Part shown: piece after piece, positions 51,437 to 63,790 of the stretch
Layout of the letters: every line of letters begins with the position of its first letter
Numbering within the stretch: the stretch's first letter is position 1
NCBI GenBank assembly: GCA_028534125.1
Contig: CM052816.1
Span: 49,106,001-49,170,000 of the forward strand
Reading direction: 5' to 3'
Length of the DNA stretch: 64,000 nt
DNA from: Lama glama
Taxonomy: Eukaryota
Notes under the pieces: model-generated
The model's database searches: none
The model's input: only the letters and a program-made list of their open reading frames with translations
What the model was told of the DNA's origin: nothing
Made by a program: the position numbers and the translations under genes

Positions 51437-51916
51437 CTGGTAGGGAGCATCTAAAATGGCCCCCAATCAGCCTCACCTACTGGTTCTCATAATCTTAGGT
51501 AATCCTCTGTCCTCATGTGAAAGCCAAGGCTGGTAACTCAGTTCTAGTGAACAAAATGCAGCAAAAGTGACAGGATGTCAGTTGTCTTGCTATGTACCTT
51601 TCTTGTCATGTCATCTGGCCTACGGAGAGATCCAAGTTCAGGAAACTGTTATCTGTAGCCAGTAGCCAGTGAGAACCTAAGGTCTGGTAGAAGGCATGTG
51701 AATGATAGTGGAAGTGGATCCTCTACCAGACCAGCCTTGAGATGACTGCAGTCCCAGGTAGCGCTTCAATTTCAGCCTCAGGAGAGATCCTGCACCAGAA
51801 AACCCAGTTCAGCTGTGCCTAAATCCCTGATCCACAGCACAGAAAGACCATATTCATCGTTTTAAACAGTAATGTTTCTGGGTAATTTGTGAAGCAGTAA
51901 TAAATTAGTAATGCAT
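51437..51916 (+). mobile_element. MaLR solo LTR (MLT1F-like)
   Basis: tctaaaatggcccccaatc...gcaaaagtgacaggatgtca...tggaagtggatcct...gccttgagatgactgcagtccc...gggtaatttgt...gtaatgca. Confidence 0.8.
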
Positions 51917-54116
51917 ATCTGAAGTACAGGGAGAATAAGTGCTATTGCATTTATGGAAATTCAAGTTGGGTTTGAAACCCCAATATTTTAACTCTACCCT
52001 ATATTAAAAAGTTTTGGCTCTATAGATAGAACCGTAACCAAACTATCATTGGCTTATATTTTATATTAAAAGGTCTAAATATATTTTTTAAAATTTTATT
52101 TCCAAGTTCTATTTTTCAGCCTTTAAAGATTCTGAGTGAAATTTGAACCAAATAGGAAATGGCAGAGAAGAGATGAAGGATGTGGACATACCAATTATTA
52201 GACTAAATTATATGGAGAATTTCCAAAGAATATTTTTCTCCTATTATACCTAGATAAACTCAGAGCCAAACTGAGTATACTTCGATATAGTTTTATGAAT
52301 AAGCAATTTAGAGATAATTTTGTACTGGTCACCATGACCTAGCCACTGAAATGTTTTGATCCTTGGCACTACTAATCTTTGTCTTTAAAGCAAAAAGTAA
52401 TAGTGTCTATAATAATAAAGATACTCTGCTCTCTTTGAGTTCTCTGAAGCAAAAAAGCCAATGAATGTCAGCCCCTCTTTAAATCTACTCGAGCAGTAGT
52501 AATGTGCAGTACCGGGTGGGACATCTGGTCAGAAAGGGAGCCTCTGGATGTAGTTCATTCTTTGACTGGGCAGGACCTGATCACTAAAGGATCTAGACTT
52601 CTCCACCTTGTCTATTCAATCAAAACTTGAAACCACATCTCAAACAGGGAGCAAGCTTTGCCACATAACAGTTAAAATAGGATTCAAGAGAAAGATAATG
52701 AGACAAGTACTTACAGTGTAAAAGTGAGGGGCTAGATTATCTATGAAAACACTATAAGTGTTTTTTTTTAATGTTTTTCCTCTTTGCAAACTTTAGTCCA
52801 GCATCTGCCTCAAGGGTATGCGATATTTAATTTGTTGAACTAACCAAAGATACGATTTGTTTGAAGAATGTTGCTGGAGTACTATGAAAATATCCTTCAT
52901 TTTGTCCAATGGGTGAGTCCAAGCCATTTGAAGACCCCCTTGGGAAGGTTAACATATGCTCCTTGTGGTTGGGGGACCACAGTTGACTCATATCTGATTC
53001 ACCTTGAAAAGTACACAGCCAAGACACTGGCTAGAGAGGACTATGGGAGCAGAAGAGTGAAAGAGAAAATAGATGTATTTTCCCATGGACCACATGCAGA
53101 TGCCAGGAGAAAATCTGACTAGGTCATTTTGAAGAGAACCATATTACAAGATGGTTGTCTTCCCAGGTTACTCAGCTTCACCATAAGGAGATAGGGATGC
53201 ACCATTAGATTCATAAGGTACCAAAAGCAAACTATTACCTGTCAAAGAAAAGAACTCTTTATCCCTGAAATGAAACTTTTGCTTGGGGACTTTTTATTAT
53301 CTGAAGCTGACAAAAATGACCATCTGAAATATTAATATAATAAAAATCAATGGAAATTAAAGAGCACCACTCTTTTAATTGAGTACAAATTATTGTTATA
53401 AAATTTGTTGGTATTATTTGGTAGTGATTCAACATTAAATATTGACATTTTAGTCACCTTTTATTTTGTCAACTTTTTGATATCTTAACATTTTTAACTG
53501 ATACAGATATGGTTAAGGTCAAGCAGATGATTTTTAATAGCATCATGTAAAGCTTATTGAACCTCAGGTTTATTTTAAGTTGAGTCCATAACAGAAGTGG
53601 AAAATTCATAAATGGATTATTTCCTATCAATAGATGTTTATAGGAATAGGCCATCTGCAGAACAAAAAATAAAAAACCTTCAAACTACAAAGGGTCAATA
53701 TCTGACCTTTTCTATACTAATATGGCTTTGAAGAATCAATATTTTTCATTTTCTTAACCTGAAAGGAAAGCACTGTTACTACCCAGAGACATGCTGTCTG
53801 GATCTATTGTTGTGATTGCATTCCTAAAGTACACTTTGATATTAATAATTTAAAAAACACACTCAAATTTTTAAGAAAAATTTCTCTTTTAAGCAAGGAA
53901 AATAAAATCATGAAAATGATAAAATGTTTTTTTTTTGGATAAAATAAGAACTCTGCTTAAACTGGAACATGAAATATTTGTTTAACAATTATAGTAAGAA
54001 AACTTATAGAAATATTATACTCAGTTGCTACTGAATGAAGATGAGTACTGTTTAAAAATACACTCTTCAGATACTTAAGAACAGTTAAGCTTAATCCACA
54101 AATAAAGAGGTCTTTG

Positions 54117-54170
54117 GAAAGAACCTTCTCTCAATTTTAGAGAAAGAACCTTCTCCCAATTTTAGAGAAA
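54117..54170. repeat. 25-bp tandem duplication (1 mismatch)
   Basis: gaaagaaccttctctcaattttaga then gaaagaaccttctcccaattttaga, plus a partial third unit gaaa. Confidence 0.9.
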
Positions 54171-54187
54171 TTCACTATCTACCTACC

Positions 54188-54205
54188 TGTGTTTGTGTGT
54201 GTGTG

Positions 54206-54250
<45 letters not shown>

Positions 54251-54251
54251 G
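54188..54251. repeat. compound (TG)n(TA)n(CA)n(TA)n microsatellite
   Basis: visible directly. Confidence 0.95.
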
Positions 54252-54444
54252 TTTCTATAAAATGCCAGTCATCTCACATAGTCATCTTTCCAAATTATAC
54301 AGGGAACAAATGTTGATTAATATGGAAAAAATTAAGGATTGGCCTGAGTCCTCATTCTGGAATGCTATATGAATGTTTTCCCTATTATTTAAGTCAATTC
54401 CCTAGCATTAGGGAATCACATGATGTGATGTGATGTTTAATTCA

Positions 54445-54621
54445 GGATACAAAATGGTACAGAAACTATGATCCCATTTTGTAAATATTTGTATATAGGT
54501 TCATAGTTGAACACTATGGATGGGTGTGCACCAAATGTTTAATCTTTGTATCTGACTTGTAACATACAGGTTTTTGTTTTTCATTTTAGAATTTGTGTTA
54601 CATTCTAAATTTTCTGCAGTG

Positions 54622-54625
<4 letters not shown>
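54445..54625 (+). mobile_element. L1ME-like 3'UTR fragment
   Basis: tatgatcccattttgtaaa...caccaaatgtttaa...ttctaaattttctgcagtgagtac. Confidence 0.5.

Positions 54626-54659
<34 letters not shown>
54625..54659. repeat. (CA)n microsatellite
   Basis: about 17 uninterrupted units. Confidence 0.95.
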
Positions 54660-54660
<1 letters not shown>

Positions 54661-55428
54661 CTTTATTTTAAAACCCATTGAGCTTTCAAGAAGAATAGAA
54701 CTAAAAGTTTTTAGGAAAAGAAAATTTTAAACCAATTATAGTTGTTATCATGACAAATGAATGGTATTATAACTTGTACTCTGGCCATATTTTCTAAATA
54801 GTATAATATATTACTGTTTTTTTAGTAATGTGAACATTTTGTGGATTTGGCGATAGTCATAGGTATGCTTACGTGTCTCTTCTATATTCTGCCTTTAATC
54901 TAAGCACTAATCGAATGATTTAGTGGCATTTCAGTGGTGTAGCAAAGGCAAATTGATTGGATTTATCCAAATATATTAAAGAAACTGGGGAGGTACTGCT
55001 TAATAACATACTGCTTATAAAGATAAATACAATTATGTGCGTAAGACAGATTCATTACCTTCATTTGCCATCCCTAAGCCATGAAATGTCCCCCGGGAAA
55101 CAAGACCAATTCTTTTTAGTAACATTTTTGATACATTCTGAATTGTACATTCTGTATAAGTACTTGCTAATTTTTTAACATCTGGAAAGTACTGATCATT
55201 TTCCTTGATTAACCATTATCCTGTCTATTTTGACTTAGGTTGCATTATTAAGCACAGATTTAAACAGTGTAAGTTATCAACTTTTAATCTGCCTCCAAAT
55301 AATTTCAGAACAGTGTATCATCCTAGCACAAACAAGTGGCTCCCTAACCTCTCACTTATCATTAGACTCCAAACCTCAGCATCTGGTATCGCCTTTCCCT
55401 TTCCCATCCTTGCAACAGTGATAATGAT

Positions 55429-55579
55429 AGAAGGAAGAGGAGAAGGAAAAAGGCGAAGAGGCAGAGGTAGAGGAAGAAGAAAGAGAGGCAGGAGGAGGAG
55501 GAGAAGTGGCGTAGAGAAAGGAGAAGAAGGAGGAGGAGAAGAAGGAGGAAGAAAAAAGGAGAAATGAAAAGGGAAAAAA
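55429..55579. repeat. GA-rich (polypurine) low-complexity tract
   Basis: gaaggaagaggagaagg...ggaggaggag...; explains the R/G/E-rich and P/L/S-rich ORFs at 55205-55587. Confidence 0.9.
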
Positions 55580-55594
55580 CAACCCATATAATAA

Positions 55595-55782
55595 AATATG
55601 CCTGGTGTTATACTAGGCTATTCATAGAAATTATTTTATTCAATCCACGTAATAACCATGTAACGATTGTATTAGTTCCTGCATTTTACAGATGAGAAAA
55701 TCAGCATTCACAGAGGCTAAACAACTTAGGTAAAAGTGCAATCTAAGCTAGTTTTTCTAACTCCCAAGTGCTTCCCACTTTA
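55595..55782 (-). mobile_element. MIR SINE
   Basis: cattttacagatgagaaaatcag...cagaggctaaacaactt (antisense MIR core). Confidence 0.8.
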
Positions 55783-55795
55783 TTACTTTGAGTTC

Positions 55796-56175
55796 TTTTT
55801 TCTTAATTTTGTATTGAAGTGTAGTTGATTTACAATGTTAGTTTCAGGTGTATAGCAACATGATTCGGTTATACATACACATATATATATTTTCTTCTTT
55901 TCAGATTAGTTTCCATTATATGTTATTTCATGAAATTGAATATAGAGTACTCCTTGTTGTTTATCTGTTTTATATATAGTAATATGTGTCTGTTAATTCC
56001 TCACCCCTAATTTATCCCTCCCTGCCCTTTCTTCTTTGGTAACCATAGTTTGTTTTTATGTCCATAAGTCTGTTTTTGGTTTGTAAATAGAATTTGTATC
56101 ATCTGATTTTTTAGATAACATTTATATGTCTTTCTTTGACTGACTTCATTCAATATGAGAATCTCTAGGTTCATA
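55796..56175 (-). mobile_element. artiodactyl-type L1 3' end
   Basis: tattgaagtgtagttgatttacaatgttagtttcaggtgta...tttggtaaccatagtttg...tgacttcattcaatatgagaatctctaggttcat. Confidence 0.85.
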
Positions 56176-56326
56176 GCAGCACTTGACAATTGCCTTGAGT
56201 TTTCCCTTCCTTTTCCTACACCCTTCCCTTTCTCACCCTCCTGTTCCCATTTTCAGTGTGTAAATGAGGAACCAAGTCACAGGGTCACAGCTCTGTAAAA
56301 TGGCGGACTCTTTCCCATCTATTCTG

Positions 56327-56431
56327 TTCTTGTTTTTTTGGTTTTGTTTTTTAATGGAGGTACTGGAGATTGAATCCAGATGTCATGTGTACTAAGCACA
56401 CATTCTACCACTTGAGCTATCCCCTCACCAC
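56327..56431 (-). mobile_element. tRNA-derived SINE (camelid Vic-1-like)
   Basis: reverse complement ggtgaggggatagctcaagtggtagaatgtgtgcttagtacacatgacatctggattcaatctccagtacctcc plus A-tail; perfect 15-bp TSD ttcccatctattctg at 56312-56326 and 56432-56446. Confidence 0.9.
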
Positions 56432-57919
56432 TTCCCATCTATTCTGGATTTTCATCTCACACAGATACTAGAAATGTTTTGTTACTGTGAGACCATAAAA
56501 TATTTGTGTCTATGTTTGTGCATATTTTAAACAAAATAAAATATGAAAAATATTCACTTTCAAATTCATATTTACAATTTTTCATGTGTGCAAATAAACC
56601 TGAAAATGTTAGAGAATTTATCCTCCAATTGACTATAAAAGATAAAATGGATAATTGAGATCATTCATGAGAAAGTATTAATTACTTTACCTTTCTGTAA
56701 TTTATGTGAAAATGCTAATTATTTTACCTTTCTAGGGGTTAAATTTAGGAGAAACCTTGATTAAATTCATCACTTATTCACTTAATTCTGTAAATTCCAC
56801 ATTCTAATATGTAGAATTTTTTTTTTGTTTTAGGCAATTATGAAGAAGATAGATGTTCAAGATAAAAATCAATACAATATGAAGGCATATAAGTTAGCTG
56901 AAATATTTTTGGTTTGAATTATCAATATTTATTTGAAGAACTATATTAAACATACTATCAATGATATAATTCTTAATTGTGCATTATATTTTAAATATTT
57001 AAGAAAAATATATGCACATATATAACTTAAATCATATAATTAAATGTTTAACTTTATTGTACATTGAAAGATACAGATTTTTCACTGTGTATATCAAAAT
57101 ATGTCATTTTTCACTCACCAGCCACAGCCTATTATGGTGTTTAACCAAGCTAATCCAAGAGACTGTGACTAAAATGACTAAGTGGTATGCTTTTAGCTTA
57201 ATTCTATTTTATGCCGTAAAATTCCTTTGCAGGAAGTTAAGTAAATATCTATATTACAATAACAAAATCTTGCTTAATTGGGAATTCAGTCAACATTCAG
57301 TTGTGGCCTATAGTTATACTGACATAGTAACTATTATAGTTGGTAAACTACAGAGAATACATATCCTTCTTCTGAAAGTTTGATTCATTCATTGAACTTT
57401 TGTATATTATATGCTATCTGACCTGCTTTTTATAAAATTTAAATTTCATTATCATAACTAATTATTATATAAAAACTAAAATTTACATTAAATTCCAATT
57501 CAGGGCATTTTAGTTGCCAGTTAATGAATAAAGCATGAAACAAAACATATTCTAGCATGATAAAATTTTTGTTTTAAATAGTTGTCAAAAAGAGTATAGA
57601 AAGTAAATAAATGTTTACTTTCCAAATATAAATATACCAGAAATATTGTTTAGACCTGATACTAATATTGAGTTAAATAGATGGAAACCTTGAACCAAAT
57701 CTATAATAATTAGCTGACCTGATGAATTACTACACAATTATTTTTTCATCATGAAACTGCACTTTGATAGCTTTTTTATTAAGTCACTTTGCAGAATTGT
57801 GAAAATCAATGTGTTTAGGGTGCATATCAATTATCAAAACTTAAGGTAGTAATTCAAAGAAGAAAAAAATTCATTGCACATGTGATTAAAGTTAAGACTT
57901 AAACAGGTTACTTTTTTTT

Positions 57920-58225
57920 ATATTTATAGAATATTTTATCAAACAAGTGCAGAATACAATTCTCCTTAAGCTCATGGAACATTGTTCAAATACATGGCTT
58001 TCTGGACTATAAAATACACATCAGCACACTGAAAATAATAGAAATTATACAAAGTATATGCTCATAATACAGTGGAATTAAACTTAAAATCAGTAACAGA
58101 AAGATAAATGGAAAATTCTCAAATATTTGGAGGTTAAACAACATACTTCTAAGTAACATATTGGTCAAAAAATAAGTCTCAAGAGATATTTGAAAAATAT
58201 TTTGAACTAAGTAAACATCATAAAA
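57920..58225 (+). mobile_element. old L1 ORF2 (end of EN domain) fragment
   Basis: atttatagaatatttt...gcagaatac...ctcatggaacatt...ggaattaaacttaaaatcagtaac...tggaggttaaacaacatacttcta. Confidence 0.8.
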
Positions 58226-59109
58226 CATTAGCTGCAAAAATGACAAACTAAAACATTTCTTAACCTATATAAAAGTATCTCTTCAGCTGGATTCTCTGAT
58301 TTTTTTTTTATTCTTTGGTTTTTGTTTTTGACCACAAGATAATTACCTTCACGGATTTAACACAAATGACATAGAACATATACACATATAAATATGTCTA
58401 TAATTTGTATCTATATGCTCAGATATGCATATTGTTCAGATTTAATAAGAACACAGTTACATCTCAGAAAATATGCCATTTGGTTTGGATGATACTGTTT
58501 ATGTCATTAATAAATTAACAAAAGTCACATATACCACAGTTCATTATTCCCGGAGGTAGAGAAACACCAGTAGATCGATGAAAATAAATAGGAGACAAGG
58601 CAATAACCACATTATTTTGGTGGTTTCAGTTGGCAGCCCAAAACAGAGAGCCTTCTTCAGCTGCTACAATACAAACAAAAGCTCTTGTAAACTGTCGAAG
58701 CTTCCCTTGGGGAGAGCTGAGCAGCAGGAGTGTTGAAATCACAGCAAGAGGTTCACCCCAATTCCGTTTCTCCTATTGCTTTAAAAATGGCATTGATATT
58801 GTGCAGCAAATGTATTTTGTGCTTATTCTGGGCTCCTGTTCGATCAAAGGCTTCCCTGATTTAAATGAAAACTTTACCCTTCCACATTGGAAGCCGCATT
58901 GTGATTGACCCTACCTATCTTTCCAATGCCTTTGCTGTCACAGAGTTTCTGGACCTTCCTATTTTTGCTGCTTCTACTGCTGCTTTTTAATTTCTTACTC
59001 AGGCTTTCAGGTGTTCAGGACTCTCTTTTTATTGTGCATTGAAGCTATTATGCCTATTTTTTAAATCATGCCTGTATGTATTGCAGGTTAGAGATTCTTT
59101 ATGCATAGG

Positions 59110-60778
59110 CTTTTATTTATTTGTTTGTTTGTTTGTTTGTTTATTTTATTGGAGTGTAGTTGATTTACAAAGTTAGTTTCAGGTGTACAACAGTGATTCA
59201 GTTACATATTTTTCAGCTTCTTTTCCATTATATGTTATTACAAAATCTAAATATAGTTCCCTGTGTTATACAGTAGGTCCTATTGTTTTTCCATTTTATA
59301 TACAGTAGTGTGTATCTGTTAATCCCAAACTCCTAATTTATCCGTCCCCCACCCTTTCCCCTTTGGTAACCATAGTTTCTTTTCTCTGTCCAAGAGTCTG
59401 TTTTTGATTTGTAAATAAGATTTGTATCATTTTTTTTAGATTCCACATTTAAGTATTACCATATGATGTATGTCTTTCTCTGTCTGACTTACTTTGCTTA
59501 ATATAACAATTTCTAGGCCCATCTATGTTGCTGCAAATGTCATTATTTAATTCCTTTTTATAACTTAATGTGAACATTCCTTTATATATACACGATATAT
59601 ATATATGTATATACATATATATGTATCTCACATCTTCTTTATCCAGTCATCTGTTGATAGACATTTAGTTTGCTTCCATGTCTTAGCTATAGTAAATAGT
59701 GCTACTATAAATATTAGGGTGCATGTGTCTTTTCGAATTAAGAGTTTTCTACAAATACATGCCCAAGAGTGGGATTGCTGGATCAAATGGTAACTCCTTT
59801 TTAGATTTTTTAAGGAACCGTTAACTGTTCTCCATAGTGGCTTCACCTATTTACATTCCCACCAACAGTGCAAGAGGGTTCTCTTTTCTCCACGCTCTAT
59901 CCAGCATTTATTATTTGTAGACTTTTTAATGATGGCCATTCTGACAGGTGTAGGTGATATCAGATTGTAGTTTTGATTTGCATGTCTCTAACAATCAGTG
60001 ATGTTGAGCATCTTTTCATGTGTCTGTTGGTTATCTGGATGTCTTTGGAGAAATGTCTCTTTAGTCTTCTGCCCATTTTTGATTGGGTTGTTTGTTGGTT
60101 TGTTTTCTGATATTAAGCTGTATGCACTGTTGATATAGTTTAGAAATTAGTCCCTTGCCAGTCGCATCATTTGCAAATATTTTCTCCCTCTCCGTAGGTT
60201 GTCTTTTCATTTTGTTTATGGTTTCCTTTGCTGTGCAAAAGCCTTTAAGTTTAATTAGGTCCCATTTGTTTATTTTTGCATTTATTTTCATTACTCTAGA
60301 GCTGGTTCGAAAATAAATATTGCTACAATTGGTATCAAATATTGCTGCCTATGTTTTCCTCAGGTCCAGTCTTTCATTTATATCCTGAATCCATTTTGAG
60401 GTTATTTTTGTATATAGTATTAGATAATGTTATAATTTCATTCTTTTACATGTAGCTGCCCAGTTTTCCCAGTACCATTTATTGAAGAGACTTGTTTTTT
60501 CTCCATTGTTTATTCTTGCCTTCTTTGTCATAGATTAATTAACCATAAGTGCGAGGGTTTATTTCTGGACTTTCTGCCCTGTTCCATTGATTTATGTGTC
60601 TGTTTTTCTGCCAGTACCATACTGCTTTGATTACTTTAGCTTGGTAGGATAGTCTGATGGCAGGAAACATGATGCCCCAGCTCAGTTCTTCTTTCTCAAA
60701 ATTGTTTTGGTTATTCAGGTGTTTTGTGTTTCCATACAAATTAAAATTGTTTCTGCTCCAGTTCTGTGAAAAATGCCA
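59110..60778 (-). mobile_element. 5'-truncated artiodactyl-type L1 (about 1.65 kb)
   Basis: (TTTG)n/T-rich tail at 59110-59150; minus-strand ORFs 59628-59846, 60061-60291 and 60539-60739 are ORF2 C-terminal (KWDLIKLK.FCTAKE, QWNR.ESPEINP). Confidence 0.95.
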
Positions 60779-61079
60779 AGGCAGGGTTGTGAGGCAGGGA
60801 TAAGTTAGGAGTTTGTGATTAAGGTTATGGTATATAAAATAGATAAAATACTATGTATAAAATAGGTAAATTACAAGGACCTACTATATAGCACAGGGAG
60901 CTACAGTCAATATATTTTAATAAAGTATAATGGAAAATAACCTGAAAAAATATGTATATATGTATGTATAACTAAATCACTTTGCTGTACACCTGAAACT
61001 AACACAACATTATAAATCAACTTTACTTCAATAAATTTTTTTAGAAATTAAGTTCAGTTAAATTAAATTAAAAAAAAAA
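60779..61079 (+). mobile_element. artiodactyl-type L1 3'UTR with poly(A)
   Basis: gggataagttaggagtttgtgatt...caaggacctactatatagcacaggga...ctgtacacctgaaactaacacaacatt...cttcaataaa. Confidence 0.9.
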
Positions 61080-61174
61080 GATTTGCTGGTTCACAATTTC
61101 AAGTGGGTTATGTTCCACTCAGAGAAAAATACAGAGGATACATACATATTCCTTCTTCCATTCTGGAAAAGAGT

Positions 61175-61480
61175 ATTCTCTCACCTCCATTCTCCACTCC
61201 CATTCCTGCCTCTTTCTCTCTAGAACAATCTGATAAGTTCACACTCTTCTCTAACTCTCTGCTTGATTAAAATGTCACAAACCCCCAGGCACACTGTAAG
61301 TGTTATTTTAGCCTTTTGCAAATACATGTATTAGCACTTATCTCACTTTTTAGCAGTTACTTGCATATATTTCCGCCTCCGCCATATGATTTTGAGCTCT
61401 TAAAACACAGAAAGTTTTTCTCACTGACACAAGTAATTAGTGAAACAGCATTAAATGAGTGGATAAATAAATAAAAGAAT
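61175..61480 (+). mobile_element. L2 3' fragment
   Basis: tagcacttatctcact...ttgagctctt...taaatgagtggataaataaat. Confidence 0.55.
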
Positions 61481-62014
61481 GCTCAAGTGAATCAGTAAGG
61501 ATGGAAATTCATTCTGAGGATAAAATTTACAAACGTGATTATATTATTACCATCCGTTTGCCACCACATACTTGTTATGTAAGTAGCACATTTTATCCCT
61601 ATAGAATAAGTTTGATTTTAGTCAACACTTAAACACCTTTTTATTGTTAAGTCTTAAACTGATATTTTGAGTCTATATATTAAATAGCAATTACATAGTT
61701 CTATCATATTTTTCACTTCATAGTAATTTACTTACCAACCAACACAACTTTGCAGTAAGGCCAGAATTCACTTTAACAAATTAAGGAATCAAAGAATCTA
61801 GATCTTTCTTTATTGCATTCATGAAGTGCAACCCTATGGCCAAAACAAAACAAACAAAAACAAACATATAACCCCATAACAGACCACTTCAGATTTACTC
61901 ATCTTAAACCAGCCCATGGTTGTAGGTTTGTTTTGTTTCACATAGATACATGTAACATTATAGAAAGAAGTAATAAGACTGCTACAATTATCAATACAAC
62001 CAAATATATAACAA

Positions 62015-62200
62015 ACTGCCTTACTATTTATACCAAGTTATTAACTTGAGTAAGTTATTTAACCTAATGTCAATCTCATTACCTATTAAATGGACATAAA
62101 AAGTCTCTATCTTAAGATGGGTCTTTCAAATGTGATTATGTATATTAAGCCTAGAGGAAAGTAAAAAGCAAAATACAAATATTATCCACTATTATTTTAC
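62015..62200 (+). mobile_element. MIR fragment
   Basis: aacttgagtaagttatttaacct...cctattaaatggacataa. Confidence 0.5.
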
Positions 62201-62289
62201 ATCTAATTTATCACAGCAGTTATTTTGCTATTATTCACTTATTATCCAGTGATTTTATATATTTTTCAGGTTTTACTTTTGTTACATAC

Positions 62290-62682
62290 CATGATAGATC
62301 TTATTATTGTTCCCCACTATTTGCAACCCCTTTCCTTGAAGGAGGTTTATGCATCCCATTTACTGACATGTGTCAAGCAGTGCATTTTTTGTTATCTAAC
62401 CCCACCCCTTAACAACAGGTTTGGGCATGTGAATTGCCTTGGCCAATGAATGTGAATGAAAGTAACAGTGTGTCCTTTTACAGTAGAAAGTTTAAGAGCC
62501 ATTATGTTCTTGTGTTGCCTTATTACTCTTTCCCCTATCTCATAATTAAAGCATACCCCATTGGGAATTGCTCATTCAGCATAATCCTGCAATACAAACA
62601 AACAAACAAGGGACAGTACTGCAACCACCAGTGACCCCTACATTTAACATAAGCAAGAAATAAACCCTTTTGCTTTAAGCTG
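62290..62682 (+). mobile_element. MaLR solo LTR (MLT1I/J-like)
   Basis: ttgggcatgtgaattgccttggccaatgaatgtga...aagtttaagagcca...gcaagaaataaacccttttgctttaagc. Confidence 0.75.
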
Positions 62683-62812
62683 TGGTGACACTGTAATTGG
62701 TCATCTGGACTAGCAATTGTTTGAGAATGAGTGATATGCTATTAATAATTATACCACGACTATAGGCATAAACATGAACAGTCTTTGGCAAACTAGAAGA
62801 ATGTACACCTTA
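62683..62812 (-). mobile_element. MER94-like hAT-Blackjack MITE
   Basis: ggtgacactgtaatt...tttgagaatga...gctattaataattatacc...aggcataaac...ggcaaact...cacctta. Confidence 0.6.
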
Positions 62813-62869
62813 ACTACATAAACAGTATGAAAGCTCTAAAAAGCATATTACAAAAAATTAAAAAAGTAT

Positions 62870-63790
62870 TACTCCCAATCTTCTCCACCCTCCTACCCAT
62901 TTCCAGTAATGCCTTATCATGATTTTGGTCTACCAACAGTATCTGTTAATATTATTTTGATCCTGTAAATAGATTTCTGTCTTGAGTACACTTATCATGG
63001 TTGATTTTCAATTCCTGTATATATTTCCCCCTCAAGTTAATTATCATTTTTAACCTTTTACTCACTTTTCTATGAACATAGCAATAATTCAGCTGCCAAC
63101 CTTTTTCTAGTTGTCTGAATCTCTTGTCTTTATCCCTGTGCATAAAAATTGTGTCAATTTAATTTTTATAAGATCTTGAAAATTCTTAAAGCAATCTCAG
63201 AGGTTTTTGCTTTTTCTAAACTGAATTCCATGTCCTCTAGGCCTAGTATGCTTTTGTCATTAATCATTTTCCCTTCACCAGTATATCAGGTATTCCTTGG
63301 TTAATTTCTCTTGTGAAATGGAATCCTGTTGTATGGAGGGTTTTTTTCTGTCCAGGTTTACTCTGCTGTTTTAGCTGAAGCACATGAAATAGCTTCCTGG
63401 AAAAGATACTGGGAAATTTTTTGTAGAAATTTTGCATGTCTGAAAATATCTTCTTTCTAGCTTTAATCAGAATTGACATTAAGCTAAGCAAAGAATTTTA
63501 GTTAGATATCATTTTCCGTAAAATGTTTTCAAATTATTTTTCCATTGCATGAACTTGCAGTATTGTGTTGAGAACTTTAAAACCATTATTATTCCTGACA
63601 TTTAGTATTTGAACTGTTTATTCCCTCCTCTCAGAAGCTGCAGAATCTTTGTCTCGAGAAAGATAAGATGCTGCATGCCTTGCTTTGAATGTATTTTTAT
63701 TCATTGTTCTGGCCTGTTGTTGTGTCCTTTTAAATATTTATTTGATTTTCCCCCTCACCTATTTTCTCTTTTTTCTTGGCTAAGTAAGTC
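62870..63790 (-). mobile_element. HAL1/L1ME-like ORF1-region fragment
   Basis: ttgcatgtctgaaaatatcttc...agaattttagttag...ttccattgc...gttgagaa...attcctga are antisense ORF1 C-terminal motifs of old L1/HAL1. Confidence 0.6.

Noticed and set aside
55205..55587. R/G/E-rich and P/L/S-rich ORFs
   Set aside because: Translations of the GA-rich low-complexity tract
56327..56431. Possible tRNA gene (also 5547-5620)
   Set aside because: The cloverleaf is broken; A-tail and TSD identify both as SINE copies
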